This document shows positions 61,499-64,000 of a DNA stretch of 64,000 bases, piece after piece. The first letter of the stretch is position 1. Each line of letters opens with the position of its first letter. The notes below the pieces were generated by a model. That model ran no database searches and was not told where the DNA came from. It saw only the letters and a program-made list of their open reading frames with translations. Location of the stretch: NCBI GenBank assembly GCA_964016885.1, contig OZ024740.1, forward strand, positions 348,874,001 to 348,938,000, in the 5' to 3' direction. This DNA is from Eledone cirrhosa. Lineage: Eukaryota. The position numbers and the translations under genes are program-made.

Positions 61499-63360
61499 CT
61501 CTTCTTCTCCTCCTCATCCTTCTTCTTCTTCTTCTTCTTCTTCTTCTTCTTGGTCATGTTAGAAGTTACGTGTCGAGAAAAGAGTTGTAGCCATGTTGTG
61601 TCGAAGCTGGCTGACGGACAGTGTGCTTTCTGCTGCGGACGTAGTAGAGCCGACCAAATATTCACTCTGTCGCACCTCTTTGAGAATCCATGGGAATATT
61701 TCAAAAAGCTTTCTGCTTCTGTTCAAAAAGGCATAAAATCGCCTTCCACGGTATCTTTTGTTGAAGTTCCTACAATAGTATCGGGTCGATAGAAAGCTTC
61801 TTGTTGCTCTTAAGTCTTTATAAGAATGCCTTAGTATTTATCTTCCGATAAATAATAGTGATTCGACATCCTTCAATTTGTGTGTCGGGCTCCATCAATT
61901 GCGCCTAATTTTACCTTAGATGTGCGTAAACTTTACGAAAGTTGACCGAAAGTATATCATCACGAACAGAAGCTAGCGACATATGCTTTCTTGGAAGTAT
62001 TTGCTGTAACGTGATTCGATAGGATGTGTATGTAGAAGACTATAGACATACGTTAGGACCAGCCATCTCTCCACCGCATTGAGAAATTATATCTGTGGCT
62101 ACAATGTATAATGAAAGGACAAACAGCAGAGACGTATTATTAAAGCTGTTGAAATAATTGTTTCCTCTCCTGGCACAAGGCCAGCAATTATTCCAGTGCA
62201 TTACTGGTGCTTTGCAGTTGAAATAATTGTTTCTCTCTTTGGGAACAAGGTCAGCAATTACCCAGTGCATTACTGGTACTTTATTTTATCGACCCCGTAA
62301 GTATGAAAGGCAAATTCACCTCGACGGGATTTGAACTCAGAATGGAAAGGGGCGTAACTCTATGCGTCAAAGCATGACGTCCGACCCTCTACTGATACTG
62401 CCGATCCACCGCACAGCAGTTGAAATAATGCCTTTAAATAAGACACAGTAGAACATCTTCTGCCGGATCAGATCATTTTCAAAGAGAGTATAAATAGGCA
62501 AGAGAGTAAATTAAGCTTCCTAGATTTTCACAAAATACATGAGCTTATGAAGAACATCAGAAAAGGTAGTTTTCTAAAATCATACTTAAAGACCAGAAGC
62601 CAATATGACGGAGTGAACGATGTAGAAATAGACAATGTCTTCATCAAGGATAATATTAATAAGCTTACAAGAAATCACATATCGAAATACTACAAAACTA
62701 CTAGGCTACATACTGTCAAAACATGATATATATACATATATACATACATGGTGGCTGCCAACTCGTTTTCGAGTACGGCCACTACTTTATATCCATGTAG
62801 GAGAACCTCTACCGATGCGCTGAACGAGTGTGGCTTTTTAGTCCAGCCAGCGACTTGAAAACTCTGGTACAAACTCTACACTTGTGACAATTACTGCCAC
62901 ATAGTAATGGGCCCATGGTACCATGTGACGACAAGTGCAGAGAGATCTCCAGATATAAAGCAATGCCTGTGCCGTGAAGCTTTTATAGTGAGCAAAGGCA
63001 CTGCACAAAGCCAGTCCCACTCTCTTAACCAAGATGATATTTACCAAAAAGAAGAACAAGTCATTGGATACCATCAGGGTTGGAGGTGTTATATCAGAGT
63101 TTTCCTTCTCCTAGAATTCTGCCTTGACAAAGGCTAAGGGTTCATCTCTCCCGGTGATTTTGGATGGCCATTGACTCTTAAGAGCTCCTTTGCCCTTTGA
63201 CAGGTTTTGTTTTTAGTCCTGCAGGATGTCCAAAGTCACCCTCCTCACCAAGAAACCTTGGTGGGGTTGCCAGTTTAGTCGCCAACGACCCGACCATGAG
63301 ACAGGTTGTACTGGGATACATGTTACCAGTAGCACCAACTGGTGACCTGATATACATACA
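61499..63360 (-). repeat. Inverted, more diverged partial copy of the array spacer
   Basis: Reverse complement of unit-1 ~5236-7270 (TTC repeat, RT fragment, single SINE, RTE-like 5' end). The ORF track shows the same peptides on the opposite strand. Confidence 0.9.
62147..62412 (-). mobile_element. tRNA-derived SINE, single copy plus tail
   Basis: Reverse complement of the second SINE module and tail of the array units. Confidence 0.7.
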
Positions 63361-63433
63361 TACATACATACATATATACATACATACACACAACACACGT
63401 GCGCGCGCACGCACGCACACACACACACACACT

Positions 63434-63480
<47 letters not shown>

Positions 63481-63487
<7 letters not shown>

Positions 63488-64000
63488 TTGTAGCTCTGAA
63501 ATAGCAATATATATATGGATGTAAATATAATGTATTTTGCAATACACTTTATGCTTAATTAAAAGCATTTTGAAGACCGTAAGCTATTGTTTTAAAGTAG
63601 TGACAAATTCACTCACTTCGATCTCAGCAAACAGGAGGAGATAAGCCGACATGACATGTTTCGCTTTTGTTGAAGCTTATCAAGGCCAACTACCCCGCCC
63701 GTCTGCTGAGATTAATGATGTTATATTCTTATAGAAATCTAGTAAATAATCAGGAGCTGATTATGCAGAGCGGTTGTTGGTCAGGCAGAAATTAAAAATT
63801 AGAATTGTAGCTCTGAAATAGCAATATATATATGGATGTAAATATAATGTATTTTGCAATACACTTTATGCTTAATTAAAAGCATTTTGAAGACCGTAAG
63901 CTATTGTTTTAAAGGGGTAGTTGGCCTTGATAAGCTTCAACAAAAGCGAAACATGTAATGTCGGCTTATCTCCTCCTGTTTGCTGAGATCGAAGTGAGTG
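63481..64000. mobile_element. Penelope-like relic with direct and inverted repeats (runs off the window)
   Basis: 117-bp direct repeat at 63481-63597 / 63798-63914. 87-bp inverted repeat at 63610-63696 / 63914-64000, containing the hammerhead-like TTGATAA-GCTT..AAGC-GAAA-CATG-TA. Confidence 0.6.

Overview
AT-rich, microsatellite-dense eukaryotic DNA. It is most likely cephalopod (octopus), inferred from the SINE family and the IL-17 cluster. Positions 1-43.5 kb are a tandem array of ~9.5-9.7 kb near-identical units. Each unit carries a two-exon interleukin-17-like gene (12-nt coding exon MNIK, ~1.5 kb intron, 528-nt exon 2; 179 aa) and the same set of retroelement relics: Penelope-like palindromes with hammerhead-like cores, an RTE-like 5' end and RT fragment, and a tRNA-SINE dimer. 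In unit 5, three full-length head-to-tail L1/Tx1-clade LINEs (5835-bp period) sit in a (TCTA)n microsatellite and are separated by (TCTA)3. ORF1 and ORF2 are in frame and separated by a single TAG. The third LINE copy is mosaic, with a diverged 3' half. The array then ends in an inversion junction (~61.5 kb) and another Penelope-like repeat structure. All alignments and RNA folds were made by eye, and coordinates of degenerate repeats are approximate.
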